Part shown: positions 17,284 through 27,868 of the stretch, piece after piece
How the letters are laid out: the number at the start of each line of letters is the position of its first letter
How positions within the stretch are numbered: position 1 is the first letter of the stretch
Assembly: GCA_977020255.1 (NCBI GenBank)
Contig: CDROCS010000253.1
Location: forward strand, 1,178,001-1,242,000
Origin: Obrimoposthia wandeli
Lineage: Eukaryota
DNA: 64,000 nucleotides
Direction: 5' to 3'
Notes under the pieces: model-generated
What the model saw: only the letters and a program-made list of their open reading frames with translations
Databases searched by the model: none
What the model was told of the DNA's origin: nothing
Made by a program: the position numbers and the translations under genes

Positions 17284-18654
17284 GTGTCGAAGAAAAAAGG
17301 TATGTTGTCTTGGTTAGGCTTTGGCAAAAAAGAAAAGCAACCAAGCACTGAAGAAAATAACAATGAAGCTCAGTCCGCCACTGAGCATGAACCAGCGACG
17401 GTAGCAGAGCCGGTTGAACAACTTGAGCAAATAGTTGAGTCAGTCGTCGAACACTCAACAGCAGAAACTAAAGCAGCAGTAACCGTTGAACCTGCAATTA
17501 CTGACGCCGCAACTGCAGACAGTTCTCAACGTGTTGAAGCTGAATTGACTAGTGATGTTGCTAGTGAAGAGCGACCAGAGGCAAAATTATTAGCCGAAAT
17601 GGCAGCTGTTGAGCAAGAATCAACTGATGATATTGTAGCAGCGTTAGCGCCAGAAGATGTAACGCCAACACCAGACGATATGGCTACAGAGCCTAAGCCT
17701 GAAGTCGACGAAGTTGTTGAAGTTAAAGCTGAAAGCAAGCTTGGTTTCTTTGCCCGTTTAAAACAGGGGTTAAGTAAAACAAGACAAAACTTAGGTGGCG
17801 GTTTAATTGACCTGTTTCGTGGTAAACAAATAGATGATGATTTATTTGAAGAGTTAGAAACGCATTTGCTCTTAGCGGATGTTGGTGTTGAAACCACCAT
17901 GAAAATTATCGATTCATTAACGAAAAGTGCTAACCGTAAGCAGCTAAAAGATGCCTCTGCTTTATATGACTTGCTTAAAATTGAATTGAAGAAAATTATT
18001 GCAGAGGTGACTCAGCCGTTAGTTATTCCTGAGGGGGAAGGGCCTTTTGTTATACTTATGGTTGGCGTTAATGGTGTGGGTAAAACCACGACCATTGGTA
18101 AGTTAGCTAAGCAATTTCAAGCCGAGGGTAAATCGGTAATGTTAGCAGCAGGCGATACTTTTAGAGCGGCTGCGGTTGAGCAATTACAAGTTTGGGGTGA
18201 CCGTAATAACATTCCTGTTATCGCTCAGCATACCGGTGCTGATAGTGCTTCGGTTATTTTTGATGCTATCAGTGCTGCAAAAGCACGTAAGGTTGATGTC
18301 ATTATTGCTGACACAGCAGGACGTTTGCAAAATAAAGCCCACTTGATGGAAGAATTGAAAAAAGTTGTGCGGGTAATGAAAAAATTAGACGTTAATGCGC
18401 CTCATGAAGTGATGCTAACGCTTGATGCTGGCACAGGTCAAAATGCTTTAAGTCAAACCAAGCTGTTCGACGAAGCTGTTGGACTAACGGGTTTAACGAT
18501 TACTAAGCTAGATGGTACCGCCAAAGGTGGTGTTATTTTTGCTGTGGCAGATAAGCATAGTATTCCTATTCGCTATTTAGGCGTTGGTGAAGGTATCGAT
18601 GATTTAAGACCCTTTAATGGTGATGATTTTATTGAAGCGCTTTTTAGTAAATAA
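17284..18654 (+). CDS. ftsY: Signal recognition particle receptor FtsY
   Basis: Acidic N-terminal A domain, GVNGVGKTTTIGKLA, DTFRAAA, DTAGR, TKLDGTAKGG. Confidence 0.98.
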   Translation: MSKKKGMLSWLGFGKKEKQPSTEENNNEAQSATEHEPATVAEPVEQLEQIVESVVEHSTAETKAAVTVEPAITDAATADSSQRVEAELTSDVASEERPEAKLLAEMAAVEQESTDDIVAALAPEDVTPTPDDMATEPKPEVDEVVEVKAESKLGFFARLKQGLSKTRQNLGGGLIDLFRGKQIDDDLFEELETHLLLADVGVETTMKIIDSLTKSANRKQLKDASALYDLLKIELKKIIAEVTQPLVIPEGEGPFVILMVGVNGVGKTTTIGKLAKQFQAEGKSVMLAAGDTFRAAAVEQLQVWGDRNNIPVIAQHTGADSASVIFDAISAAKARKVDVIIADTAGRLQNKAHLMEELKKVVRVMKKLDVNAPHEVMLTLDAGTGQNALSQTKLFDEAVGLTGLTITKLDGTAKGGVIFAVADKHSIPIRYLGVGEGIDDLRPFNGDDFIEALFSK

Positions 18655-18719
18655 AGATGAGAAAAGCAGGGTAATCGTGCTAAGTTAGCCTGCTTATTCG
18701 TACAAAACATTAAAGTAAT

Positions 18720-19418
18720 ATGATTGATTTCAATAAGGTAAATAAAACCTATCCAGGTGGTTTTCTGGCATTAAAACAAGTAAGTTTTAGCCTTAAAAGC
18801 GGTGAAATGGCTTTTTTAACTGGCCATTCAGGAGCAGGTAAAAGTACTTTGTTAAAATTAATCTCGTTAATGGAAAAACCCAGCTCCGGCAGTATTCAAG
18901 TAAATCACACCGAACTCGCTGATATTCAGTATAAACAGGTGCCTTATGTACGCCGTGGTATTGGCATGATTTTTCAAAGTCATAATTTACTTAAAGACCG
19001 CACCGTTTTTGATAATGTCGCCTTACCGTTAATTATCGAGGGTGTTAGTCACAGTGAAATTAAAAAGCGTGTTGCGACGGCCTTAGATAAAGTGCATTTA
19101 AGTGCTAAGTTGAAGTGTTATCCCCACATGCTTTCTGGTGGTGAGCAACAACGCGTTGGTATCGCTCGCGCTATTGTTAATAAACCCCCTATTTTACTTG
19201 CCGACGAGCCTACCGGAAATTTAGATCCCAAGTTATCGTTAGATATTATTCGTTTGTTTGAAGAGTTTAATGCCGCTGGAGTCACCGTACTTATTGCTAC
19301 TCATGATCTCGGTTTAATTGCGCGGATGAAATACCGCACACTGACGCTGAAAGAGGGCTCCATGATTAATGATGGTATCGTTGACGGCTTACAAGCGCAG
19401 GGAACAACTGATGAATAA
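18720..19418 (+). CDS. ftsE: Cell division ATP-binding protein FtsE
   Basis: [43 protein letters not shown]; synteny. Confidence 0.97.
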   Translation: MIDFNKVNKTYPGGFLALKQVSFSLKSGEMAFLTGHSGAGKSTLLKLISLMEKPSSGSIQVNHTELADIQYKQVPYVRRGIGMIFQSHNLLKDRTVFDNVALPLIIEGVSHSEIKKRVATALDKVHLSAKLKCYPHMLSGGEQQRVGIARAIVNKPPILLADEPTGNLDPKLSLDIIRLFEEFNAAGVTVLIATHDLGLIARMKYRTLTLKEGSMINDGIVDGLQAQGTTDE

Positions 19419-20385
19419 TATTCATAGTAGTGGTTTAAAAGCACGTTCAAGCTTATTGGCTCGGCTGTTAACCTTACCCATTCGACACGTTCAACAAGCG
19501 GTGGGTAGTTTAGGTGATTTATGGCGCACGCCTTTTACCACCGTGATGACGATTTTTGTTTTAGGTATCAGTTTGGCATTGCCCGCAACCTTACATCTTT
19601 TTGTTAAAAACGCCGAACAAGTAGGTGAACAGTGGGATAGTGCCTCGCAAATCACCTTATTTCTAAAATTATCAACCAGTGAGAAGAGCGCACAAAACCT
19701 AATAAAGCGTATTAGTCTTTATAATGATGTTGCAGAAGTGCGCTACATTTCAGCTAAACAAGCCTTAAAAGAATTTAAAATATTATCCGGTTTTGGTCAG
19801 TCACTTGAATACTTAGATAAAAACCCATTACCAGCGACATTATTGGTAACACCAACGCAACGAGCTAGCCAAGCCCAAGCGGCGAACGCCTTATTAGAAA
19901 AACTAAGCAAAGAGCGTGAAGTTGAACAAGGTAAGCTTGATTTGGAATGGTTAACGCGTTTAGAGGCAATGGCCCGCTTAATTGAAGATATAGTGCTCGG
20001 TGTCGCCTTATTATTGTGCCTGTCGGTGGTGCTAATTGTTGGTAATACTATTCGATTAGCTATTTTAAATGAAAAAGATGCTATCGCTATTATGAAATTG
20101 GTTGGCGCAACAGATAGCTTTATCCAGAGACCTTTTTTATATTCAGGTATTTGGTACGGTATTTTCGGCGGTATACTGTCTTGTATTGCGGTGACATTAC
20201 TAGCTTGGTATTTAGGCTACGCTATTAGTGATTTAAGTGAGCTTTACCAAAGTAACTTTCAATTGCAGGGATTATCCGGCAGTGAAGCATTAATGCTGAT
20301 CGCTTTTGCCATTGTGCTTGCCTTAATTGGGAGTTATATCTCGGTAAGTCAGCATATTAAAGCGATTGAACCTAATGCGGATTGA
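19411..20385 (+). CDS. ftsX: Cell division permease FtsX
   Basis: GISLALP, NPLPA, GNTIRLAI...I.IMKLVGAT..FI.RPFLY.G. Likely start is ATG 19411, overlapping the ftsE end. Confidence 0.95.
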   Translation: MNNIHSSGLKARSSLLARLLTLPIRHVQQAVGSLGDLWRTPFTTVMTIFVLGISLALPATLHLFVKNAEQVGEQWDSASQITLFLKLSTSEKSAQNLIKRISLYNDVAEVRYISAKQALKEFKILSGFGQSLEYLDKNPLPATLLVTPTQRASQAQAANALLEKLSKEREVEQGKLDLEWLTRLEAMARLIEDIVLGVALLLCLSVVLIVGNTIRLAILNEKDAIAIMKLVGATDSFIQRPFLYSGIWYGIFGGILSCIAVTLLAWYLGYAISDLSELYQSNFQLQGLSGSEALMLIAFAIVLALIGSYISVSQHIKAIEPNAD

Positions 20386-20625
20386 TATATGCGTTACCAA
20401 GCAATAGGTAGAATTTCCATGGTAAAGTAGAATAGGTATAACTGACTGTTTATTGTTGATAATTCATTAAATTTACAAATAGTCACATTTAATTCACAAA
20501 AAAATGGAAAGATCGCCTTGTGCCTCCCTTTCTATTAAGCTAATGTTCAGGTCCCCGCTATCGCAAATAGTGTCGATTTATGTTATCATCGCGGGCGAAT
20601 TCAAAGAGAGAAGGAGAGAGTTTTT

Positions 20626-21483
20626 ATGAGTCAAACAATGCAACTTACCTTACCAAAGAGTGGTAGTATCGAAGCATATATGCAATCCGCGTACAGCATT
20701 CCTATGCTAACCGCAGAAAAGGAGCATGATCTGGCTACTCGCCTCTACAATGAAAATGATTTACAAGCGGCGCAAGAGTTAATTATGTCGCACTTACGTT
20801 TTGTTATTCATGTTGCTAAAGGCTATTCTGGTTATGGTTTACCACATGCTGATCTAGTGCAAGAAGGCAACGTGGGTTTAATGAAAGCGGTTAAACGTTT
20901 TAATCCTGAAGTCGGTGTACGTTTAGTCTCCTTTGCAGTGCATTGGATCAAAGCAGAAATTCATGAATTTGTGCTTAAAAACTGGCGCATTGTAAAAGTT
21001 GCCACAACGAAAGCGCAACGTAAATTGTTTTTTAACCTACGTAAAAATAAAAAACGTTTAGGCTGGTTCAGCACTGAAGAAGTAAATACAGTAGCGGAAA
21101 GCCTTGGCGTAACCACGAAAGATGTTATGGAAATGGAATCTCGTATGAGTAGTCATGACCAAGCATTTGAATTATCAAAAGACGATGATGATAACCTTGG
21201 TGCCAGTAATTTTTCACCCGCCCAATACCTTCAAGATAAACAATCAGATTTAGCGGTTGAAGTTGAAAACGATAATTGGGACAACCATGCTAATAAACGT
21301 TTATCAACCGCACTAGTAACGCTTGATGAACGCAGCCAAGATATTATAAAAACACGCTGGTTAACCGAAGATAAAACAACGTTACAAGAGCTAGCTAATA
21401 AATACCAGATATCAGCCGAACGTGTAAGGCAGTTAGAAAAAAATGCGTTATCAAAATTAAAAAACACTATGGTTTTTGATTAA
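20626..21483 (+). CDS. rpoH: RNA polymerase sigma-32 factor
   Basis: [17 protein letters not shown], RpoH box [10 protein letters not shown], downstream of ftsYEX. Confidence 0.98.
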   Translation: MSQTMQLTLPKSGSIEAYMQSAYSIPMLTAEKEHDLATRLYNENDLQAAQELIMSHLRFVIHVAKGYSGYGLPHADLVQEGNVGLMKAVKRFNPEVGVRLVSFAVHWIKAEIHEFVLKNWRIVKVATTKAQRKLFFNLRKNKKRLGWFSTEEVNTVAESLGVTTKDVMEMESRMSSHDQAFELSKDDDDNLGASNFSPAQYLQDKQSDLAVEVENDNWDNHANKRLSTALVTLDERSQDIIKTRWLTEDKTTLQELANKYQISAERVRQLEKNALSKLKNTMVFD

Positions 21484-21493
21484 CGTTCAATAA

Positions 21494-21760
21494 TATACCC
21501 AAGCGACATGAAGATGCAGGTTTCAGCTGGAATTAGAAACGCCTTTAGGCAAGGCATTGATTGAAGAGAATAGTTATTCTATTGTCGAAATCAATAACGT
21601 AGCATAAAGCGTTTCTAAACCAGCCCTATGGGGACCCCTGAGCAGTTTATGCTCTTCGTTGCCTCCTTTTTTAAGGGAATAACCCTTAATAAAAGGAGGC
21701 GCCTTGATCATAAATCGCTCAGTGGTCCTGAAACACGCAGCTTCAAGTGGCTTGGGTATA
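21494..21760 (+). mobile_element. ERIC-like MITE, copy B (267 bp)
   Basis: TIRs TATACCCAAGCGACATGAAG / CTTCAAGTGGCTTGGGTATA, shared core, multiple internal hairpins. Confidence 0.9.
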
Positions 21761-21790
21761 TATCTTGTGTAAATAAACCGACTTAATGTC

Positions 21791-22060
21791 TAATGCCTGT
21801 CAGTTAACCGCTGACGGGCATTTTTTTTCTGCATACCGTTTAGATCTTACCTTAACTATTCTCGGATAACTTCTTTCTCGCTTTTCTGGCAATACAAATG
21901 CTGCGTCTATAAAGTAATCTATTAACTAGCCTAGGGGGTCTCTCTGGCGTTAGACTTCAAAATCAGCTTTTTTGATCGCTTTATTTGATTGAAAGATGGT
22001 TATCCATAAAACAAATATTGTTTTAGCTCATAATTTACCAATTCATTTCTCGCTTTTACT
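21791..22060 (-). mobile_element. Relic right end of an IS4-family insertion sequence (transposase C-terminus plus terminal inverted repeat)
   Basis: Minus strand 21925-21800 reads LIDYFIDAAFVLPEKRERSYPRIVKVRSKRYAEKKCPSAVN* (IS4 LP-R-R-YPR-VK motif). End sequence TAATGCCTGTCAGTTAA at 21791 resembles the IS4 IR TAATGCCGATCAGTTAAG. The upstream part is degenerate and its boundary approximate. Confidence 0.75.
21794..21828 (+). terminator. Hairpin plus T8, probable rpoH terminator (inside the IS4 relic end)
   Basis: TGCCTGTCAG-ttaaccg-CTGACGGGCA followed by TTTTTTTT. Confidence 0.7.
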
Positions 22061-22160
22061 CGTTTCCCAGTATTATTTAGGTATATAATGTTGGTACATA
22101 AAGCATAGACTAACGCATAGCTTAGTCATGTGAGCATCAAATATCAGGAGTTAAGTTATT

Positions 22161-22418
22161 ATGGGTGGAATCGGAATTTGGCAACTAGTTATTGTTGCCG
22201 TGATCGTAGTGTTATTATTCGGAACTAAAAAGTTACGTAACTTAGGTGGTGATTTAGGTTCGGCTGTCAAAGGTTTTAAAAGTGCTATAGGTGAAGAAAA
22301 AGAACAAAAAAATAGCGCAGAAAAAACCTCCGATACTTTAGCTGACAGTTCAAAAAACGCTACAGAAGAAGTGATCAAAACAAAAGAAAGCAAGACCAAA
22401 GAAACTGATCAGGCCTAA
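22161..22418 (+). CDS. tatA: Twin-arginine translocase subunit TatA
   Basis: [40 protein letters not shown]. Confidence 0.97.
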   Translation: MGGIGIWQLVIVAVIVVLLFGTKKLRNLGGDLGSAVKGFKSAIGEEKEQKNSAEKTSDTLADSSKNATEEVIKTKESKTKETDQA

Positions 22419-22421
22419 TTT

Positions 22422-22910
22422 ATGTTTGATGTTGGCTTTTGGGAGTTAATTCTTATTGCAATCATGGGCTTAGTTATTTTAGGCCCTGAACGCTTACCGG
22501 TAGCAATCCGCACTCTTCGTGGCTGGATATCCGGCGCTCGAAAATTTAGTGATACGGTCAAGTCTGAGCTAACAGAAGAATTACGCATACATGAGTTACA
22601 TGCTAACTTAAAAAAAGCAGAACAAAGTAACTTACAAGACTTAAGTCCTGAAGTTGCCGAATCATTGAAATCACTGCAAGAAGCCGCCGCTGCTGTCACT
22701 GAGCCTTTCAAAAAAGTGGACAGACAGCCCTTAGAATCAATGATCGCTTCTTCACTAGCTGCAGCTCCGACTGTTAAAGTGGATCCGGAGAACGTGCAAG
22801 ATACTGAAGAGCCAAAGATATCGAATGTTCCAACAGAAAATGTAGATAAATCAGTGGATCCAGAAATTGATAAATCAGTGAATCTAGAAAGTGATAAACT
22901 TCAGCCATGA
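22422..22910 (+). CDS. tatB: Twin-arginine translocase subunit TatB
   Basis: MFDVGFWELILIAIMGLVILGPERLP. Confidence 0.97.
   Translation: MFDVGFWELILIAIMGLVILGPERLPVAIRTLRGWISGARKFSDTVKSELTEELRIHELHANLKKAEQSNLQDLSPEVAESLKSLQEAAAAVTEPFKKVDRQPLESMIASSLAAAPTVKVDPENVQDTEEPKISNVPTENVDKSVDPEIDKSVNLESDKLQP
22845..22898 (+). repeat. 24-bp in-frame tandem repeat in the tatB tail
   Basis: GATAAATCAGTGGATCCAGAAATT / GATAAATCAGTGAATCTAGAAAGT / GATAAA (DKSVDPEI-DKSVNLES-DK). Confidence 0.75.
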
Positions 22911-23671
22911 GTATTCCTACAGCACAAGTTGCAAGCCTTTTTGATCATCTTTTAGAGTTACGTAATCGTTTATTACGATCAGTTCTCGGGGTGTTAATTG
23001 TTTTTTGTTGCTTAGTCTACTTTGCACAAGATATTTATCAATATGTGGCGCAGCCATTATTAGCTACCATGCCAGAAGGGTCACAAATGATAGCGACCGA
23101 TGTTGCTTCACCATTTTTTGCCCCCTTTAAATTAACTTTAGTGTTATCCCTTTTTATTGCTATGCCATTTGTCTTATATCAAGTGTGGTCATTTGTTGCT
23201 CCTGGTTTATACCGTAATGAAAAGCGTATGATTGCTCCGTTGATGTTTGGCTCTACACTGTTGTTTTATAGTGGCATTGCTTTTGCGTACTTTCTTGTTT
23301 TTCCTGTGGTCTTTGCCTTTTTTACTTCAGTAGCACCAGAAGGCGTTGTTATTGCAACAGATATCAGTAGTTATCTAGATTTTATCCTAAAATTATTTTT
23401 TGCTTTTGGTGCCGCATTTGAAATACCTATTGCTATTATTTTAATGTGTTGGACAGGTATGACAACACCTGATAGTTTAAGAGAAAAGCGACCTTATGTT
23501 GTAGTAGGCGCATTCGTTATTGGTATGTTGTTGACACCACCTGATATTATTTCGCAAACGATGTTGGCTGTGCCAATGCTATTTTTATTTGAAGTAGGTA
23601 TTATTATTGCCTCGTTTTATCATAAAGAAGATGAAGACGAGTCAAATGATGTAAAGGAAAATGAAAAATGA
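22907..23671 (+). CDS. tatC: Twin-arginine translocase subunit TatC
   Basis: HLLELRNRL, SPFFAPFKL, FVAPGLY..E, FGAAFEIP, LTPPDIISQ. Confidence 0.97.
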   Translation: MSIPTAQVASLFDHLLELRNRLLRSVLGVLIVFCCLVYFAQDIYQYVAQPLLATMPEGSQMIATDVASPFFAPFKLTLVLSLFIAMPFVLYQVWSFVAPGLYRNEKRMIAPLMFGSTLLFYSGIAFAYFLVFPVVFAFFTSVAPEGVVIATDISSYLDFILKLFFAFGAAFEIPIAIILMCWTGMTTPDSLREKRPYVVVGAFVIGMLLTPPDIISQTMLAVPMLFLFEVGIIIASFYHKEDEDESNDVKENEK

Positions 23672-24159
23672 AAAATATAAGCAAACTCGCTTATTACCTT
23701 GTAGTTACTAGTTTATTCTTAACACAGACAGTGTTAGCTAAAGAAAATGATCTTTCGGATAAAATTCAAGGCTGTATGAAAATAAGTCAAGATGTGGCAA
23801 GGCTTACGTGTTTTGACCAGCTGACAAATAATTACAGTGGCACAAGCGTAGAACCAGAAATAACAGACTTGACAGCGAAACAAGTTGATTCTTTTTCTAA
23901 AGAACAAGTTAAAAAAACAAGTGAAGAAGTCGCTACAGAAATAACTACCATTACGCTAACGATTAGTGAATTAACTAAAACGATGCGTGGACAATGGAAA
24001 GTGACTTTTACAAATGGCCAAAAATGGCAACAAAAAGATACTGTTACATTAAGATTGAAAAAGGGAAACAAAGTAATACTAACCAAAGGGGCGCTTAGCT
24101 CCGTGTTTTTGCAAAAAGAAAATACTAATAAGCGCATTAAAGTAAAAAGGCTTAAATAG
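23668..24159 (+). CDS. Secreted hypothetical protein within the tat operon
   Basis: Signal peptide ending VLA-K, C..I.....RL.CFD motif, C-terminal F.NGQ.WQQ / I.KGAL.S beta-rich domain. ATGA overlap with tatC. Confidence 0.8.
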   Translation: MKNISKLAYYLVVTSLFLTQTVLAKENDLSDKIQGCMKISQDVARLTCFDQLTNNYSGTSVEPEITDLTAKQVDSFSKEQVKKTSEEVATEITTITLTISELTKTMRGQWKVTFTNGQKWQQKDTVTLRLKKGNKVILTKGALSSVFLQKENTNKRIKVKRLK

Positions 24160-24171
24160 AGCGAGATTACT

Positions 24172-24999
24172 TTGAATAAAGGCACTTTGATAGATATTGG
24201 CGTCAACTTAACCAATAAACGTTTTGAGAAAGATCGCGAAGAGGTCATTCGCCGGGCTCAAAAGGCTAATTTGAATGGCGTGTTGATTACTGGCACGAGT
24301 GTTGAAGAAAGCCAGCAGGCGTTGGCTTTGTGTCAGCAATATCAAAAAAGTTTCCCTAACTTTTTATATAGCACTGCCGGTGTGCATCCCCACGATGCAG
24401 ATCATGTGACTGCTGACTACTTAGAACAACTCAAGTTATTAGCGATACAAGAGCCAGTTAAGGCCATTGGTGAGTGTGGTTTAGATTTCAATCGAAATTT
24501 TTCAGCGCCAGCTCAACAACAAAAAGTGTTTAGCGAACAAGTTGCTTTAGCTTCAGAACTACAAATGCCACTTTTTTTGCACCAACGAGATGCATTTGAC
24601 CCATGGTTCACTATATTATCTCCCTATTTTGGTAAAGTTCCTGCTATGGTCGCACATTGTTTTACTGGCTCAAAAGCAGAGCTTACTCAATGTCTATCAG
24701 CGGATATGTATATAGGTATAACGGGTTGGTTATGTGATGAGCGTAGAGGGCAATCCTTGCGCGATATAGTCGGCCTAATTCCTTTAAATCGTTTACTCAT
24801 TGAGACTGATGCTCCGTATTTATCACCCCGAACAATTCGACCAAAACCTAAGAGTAGCCGTAATGAACCAAGCTACTTACCTTTTATAGTTAAAGAAATT
24901 GCGAGTATTACAGGTATTGACCAAGAGGAGATAGCTTGGCAAACTAGCCGTAATGCCGAAAAGGTATTTAATTTTCCAGCAATAAAAGAATCATCCTAA
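24172..24999 (+). CDS. tatD: TatD family 3'-5' nuclease
   Basis: LIDIGVNL, TAGVHPH, AIGECGLDFNRNFS, FLHQRDA, HCFTG, LIETDAPYL. Confidence 0.95.
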   Translation: MNKGTLIDIGVNLTNKRFEKDREEVIRRAQKANLNGVLITGTSVEESQQALALCQQYQKSFPNFLYSTAGVHPHDADHVTADYLEQLKLLAIQEPVKAIGECGLDFNRNFSAPAQQQKVFSEQVALASELQMPLFLHQRDAFDPWFTILSPYFGKVPAMVAHCFTGSKAELTQCLSADMYIGITGWLCDERRGQSLRDIVGLIPLNRLLIETDAPYLSPRTIRPKPKSSRNEPSYLPFIVKEIASITGIDQEEIAWQTSRNAEKVFNFPAIKESS

Positions 25000-25881
25000 A
25001 TGAAGTTATTGGATATACCTAAAATCACAGGTTATGTATCTTTTTTGATACTTTATTCACCTGTGACTATGGCTATGATGGAAAAAAAAGCAGAACACTT
25101 ATGCTTAGGTATGGGGATTTTTTTAGGGAGTTTAATTACTGCGCTATTATGTTTATATTTAAATCGGCACTATCGCCGAAAGTATCTGAATATGTTGGGG
25201 CAGCTAAAGCAAGCACAAAGCAATACTAAAATAGCCGAGCAAACAATGAAAAAATTGGCTGATGAACAACAAGACAGCCAAGATTTATTAGAAGAAAGAG
25301 TGCAAGAACGTACGTTAGAACTCAATATTGCTTTGCAAGAGTTAGAAAGTGCTAATCAAGAACTCGAACGAAAAAATGTCTTAGACGAGCTCACAGGCTT
25401 ACATAATCGCCGATTTTATGATCAAAAAATATTAGCCGAATACCGTCGTAGTCGTCGTAATCTTACTGCCTTAAGTCTAGTGTTAATTGATGTCGACCTT
25501 TTCAAAGTAGTTAATGATACTTATGGTCATTTAGCGGGTGACCAATGTTTAATTTGGTTGGCCAACCATATAAAGCAGAGTTTAAAACGTAGTGCAGATA
25601 AGGCATTTCGTTATGGTGGAGAAGAGTTTTGTTTAATCTTACCTGATACCGATGCAGAAGGTGCCTTATTAGTGGCCGAGCAATTACGTTTACTGGTATG
25701 TGAGCAAGTTTTTAAATTTCAAGATATCGACATTCCGTTGACAATTAGTTGCGGTATCTGTACTTACCAACAACAAGTTGATATCGGGGCTGAGCAAATA
25801 TTTTCAGGTGCTGATAAAGCTTTATATAAAGCTAAACACAACGGTCGAAATCAAACGAAACAACATACCTTTATTGAATGA
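25000..25881 (+). CDS. Membrane-anchored diguanylate cyclase (GGDEF)
   Basis: N-terminal hydrophobic segments, coiled coil (LEERVQERTLEL), DELTGLHNRR, RSAD I-site, RYGGEEF, ADKALYKAK..GRN. Confidence 0.92.
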   Translation: MKLLDIPKITGYVSFLILYSPVTMAMMEKKAEHLCLGMGIFLGSLITALLCLYLNRHYRRKYLNMLGQLKQAQSNTKIAEQTMKKLADEQQDSQDLLEERVQERTLELNIALQELESANQELERKNVLDELTGLHNRRFYDQKILAEYRRSRRNLTALSLVLIDVDLFKVVNDTYGHLAGDQCLIWLANHIKQSLKRSADKAFRYGGEEFCLILPDTDAEGALLVAEQLRLLVCEQVFKFQDIDIPLTISCGICTYQQQVDIGAEQIFSGADKALYKAKHNGRNQTKQHTFIE

Positions 25882-25897
25882 TATTTTTACAGAATAA

Positions 25898-26959
<1,062 letters not shown>

Positions 26960-27014
26960 ACTCTTTTTAGGATAAATAAGCTGCAGGTAGCGTATTTTAT
27001 TACTCTGTAGAAAT

Positions 27015-27044
27015 AAAAAAAGCGCGATTACATCGCGCTTTTTT
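27015..27044. terminator. Bidirectional terminator between hemB and the GST gene
   Basis: AAAAAAAGCGCGAT-tac-ATCGCGCTTTTTT. Confidence 0.85.
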
Positions 27045-27069
27045 GTTGACAAATCTTAAACTACTGACA

Positions 27070-27738
27070 CTATAACTTCTTAGTGATTAGTATTTTTTGA
27101 CAGGATGGTCTGGTCATTACATCTGCTAAGTATTGCTCTACTTTTGGGTAGTCAGCTATCAGGTTAAAACCAGCAGGCAAGCCGGAAATATAATGCAACA
27201 TAGGCGCTAATAAAGCATCTGCAAGGGTGAACTCTTGAGAAGCTAAAGCAGTCTCTTCAGTTAGCAGTTGTTCAATTATAACAAGTATGGCTGCCGCTTT
27301 TGGCCGTACCTCTTTAATCACATCAAAACGAACGGTATTATTCTCTCCTTTGGGAAAAGCAAATTCTAGTAGATAGTCTCGTACTAGTACCTTATCTATG
27401 TCTATTGAAATAAGTGCACAAAGTGCATCATGCCTTGCAGCATCCTGATTATTTTTAGGCTGTAATTGCTTATCGGCATCAAGATAACGGCAAATGCTAG
27501 CAGTTTCAGGTAAGGCTAGATCTACTTGTGGTTTACTTTCAAGTAAAACGGGTATTTTGCCAAAGGGATGCCAGTTGAGGTGTTGTTCGCCTTTAAAACT
27601 AACGTTAGTACCATCCACTTCAAAACCAACAGTGTAAGCAATATTTTTTTCTTCACATACGAGCATGACGGTTCGAACAAAATTTGAAAAACTTGGACCG
27701 TAAATGTGTACAGGTTTTGCTGTCATATATTTCTCCAT
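27070..27738 (-). CDS. Glutathione S-transferase family protein
   Basis: YGPSFSNFVRTV, HPFGKIPVL, ETASICRYLD, FTLADALLAPMLHY. Confidence 0.9.
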   Translation of the reverse strand: MEKYMTAKPVHIYGPSFSNFVRTVMLVCEEKNIAYTVGFEVDGTNVSFKGEQHLNWHPFGKIPVLLESKPQVDLALPETASICRYLDADKQLQPKNNQDAARHDALCALISIDIDKVLVRDYLLEFAFPKGENNTVRFDVIKEVRPKAAAILVIIEQLLTEETALASQEFTLADALLAPMLHYISGLPAGFNLIADYPKVEQYLADVMTRPSCQKILITKKL

Positions 27739-27782
27739 AATTAATAAATAGTATTTTATTAATTAATAATCTAGCCCTAATG

Positions 27783-27806
27783 AAAATATGTTCAAGAACA
27801 TATTTT
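27783..27806. promoter_or_regulatory. Perfect 11-2-11 palindrome between divergent GST and TetR genes, probable TetR operator
   Basis: AAAATATGTTC-AA-GAACATATTTT. Confidence 0.7.
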
Positions 27807-27868
27807 AAAAATATGAAATACTGTGTTAGTTATTAAGTGTTTAATACCAACGTAATAAGTGGAGTTTT

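Noticed and set aside
20400-20625. Sigma-E promoter and DnaA boxes upstream of rpoH
   Set aside because: Expected from E. coli, but the best candidates (GAAAGA...TCTAT; TTATCAACA) match the consensus too weakly.
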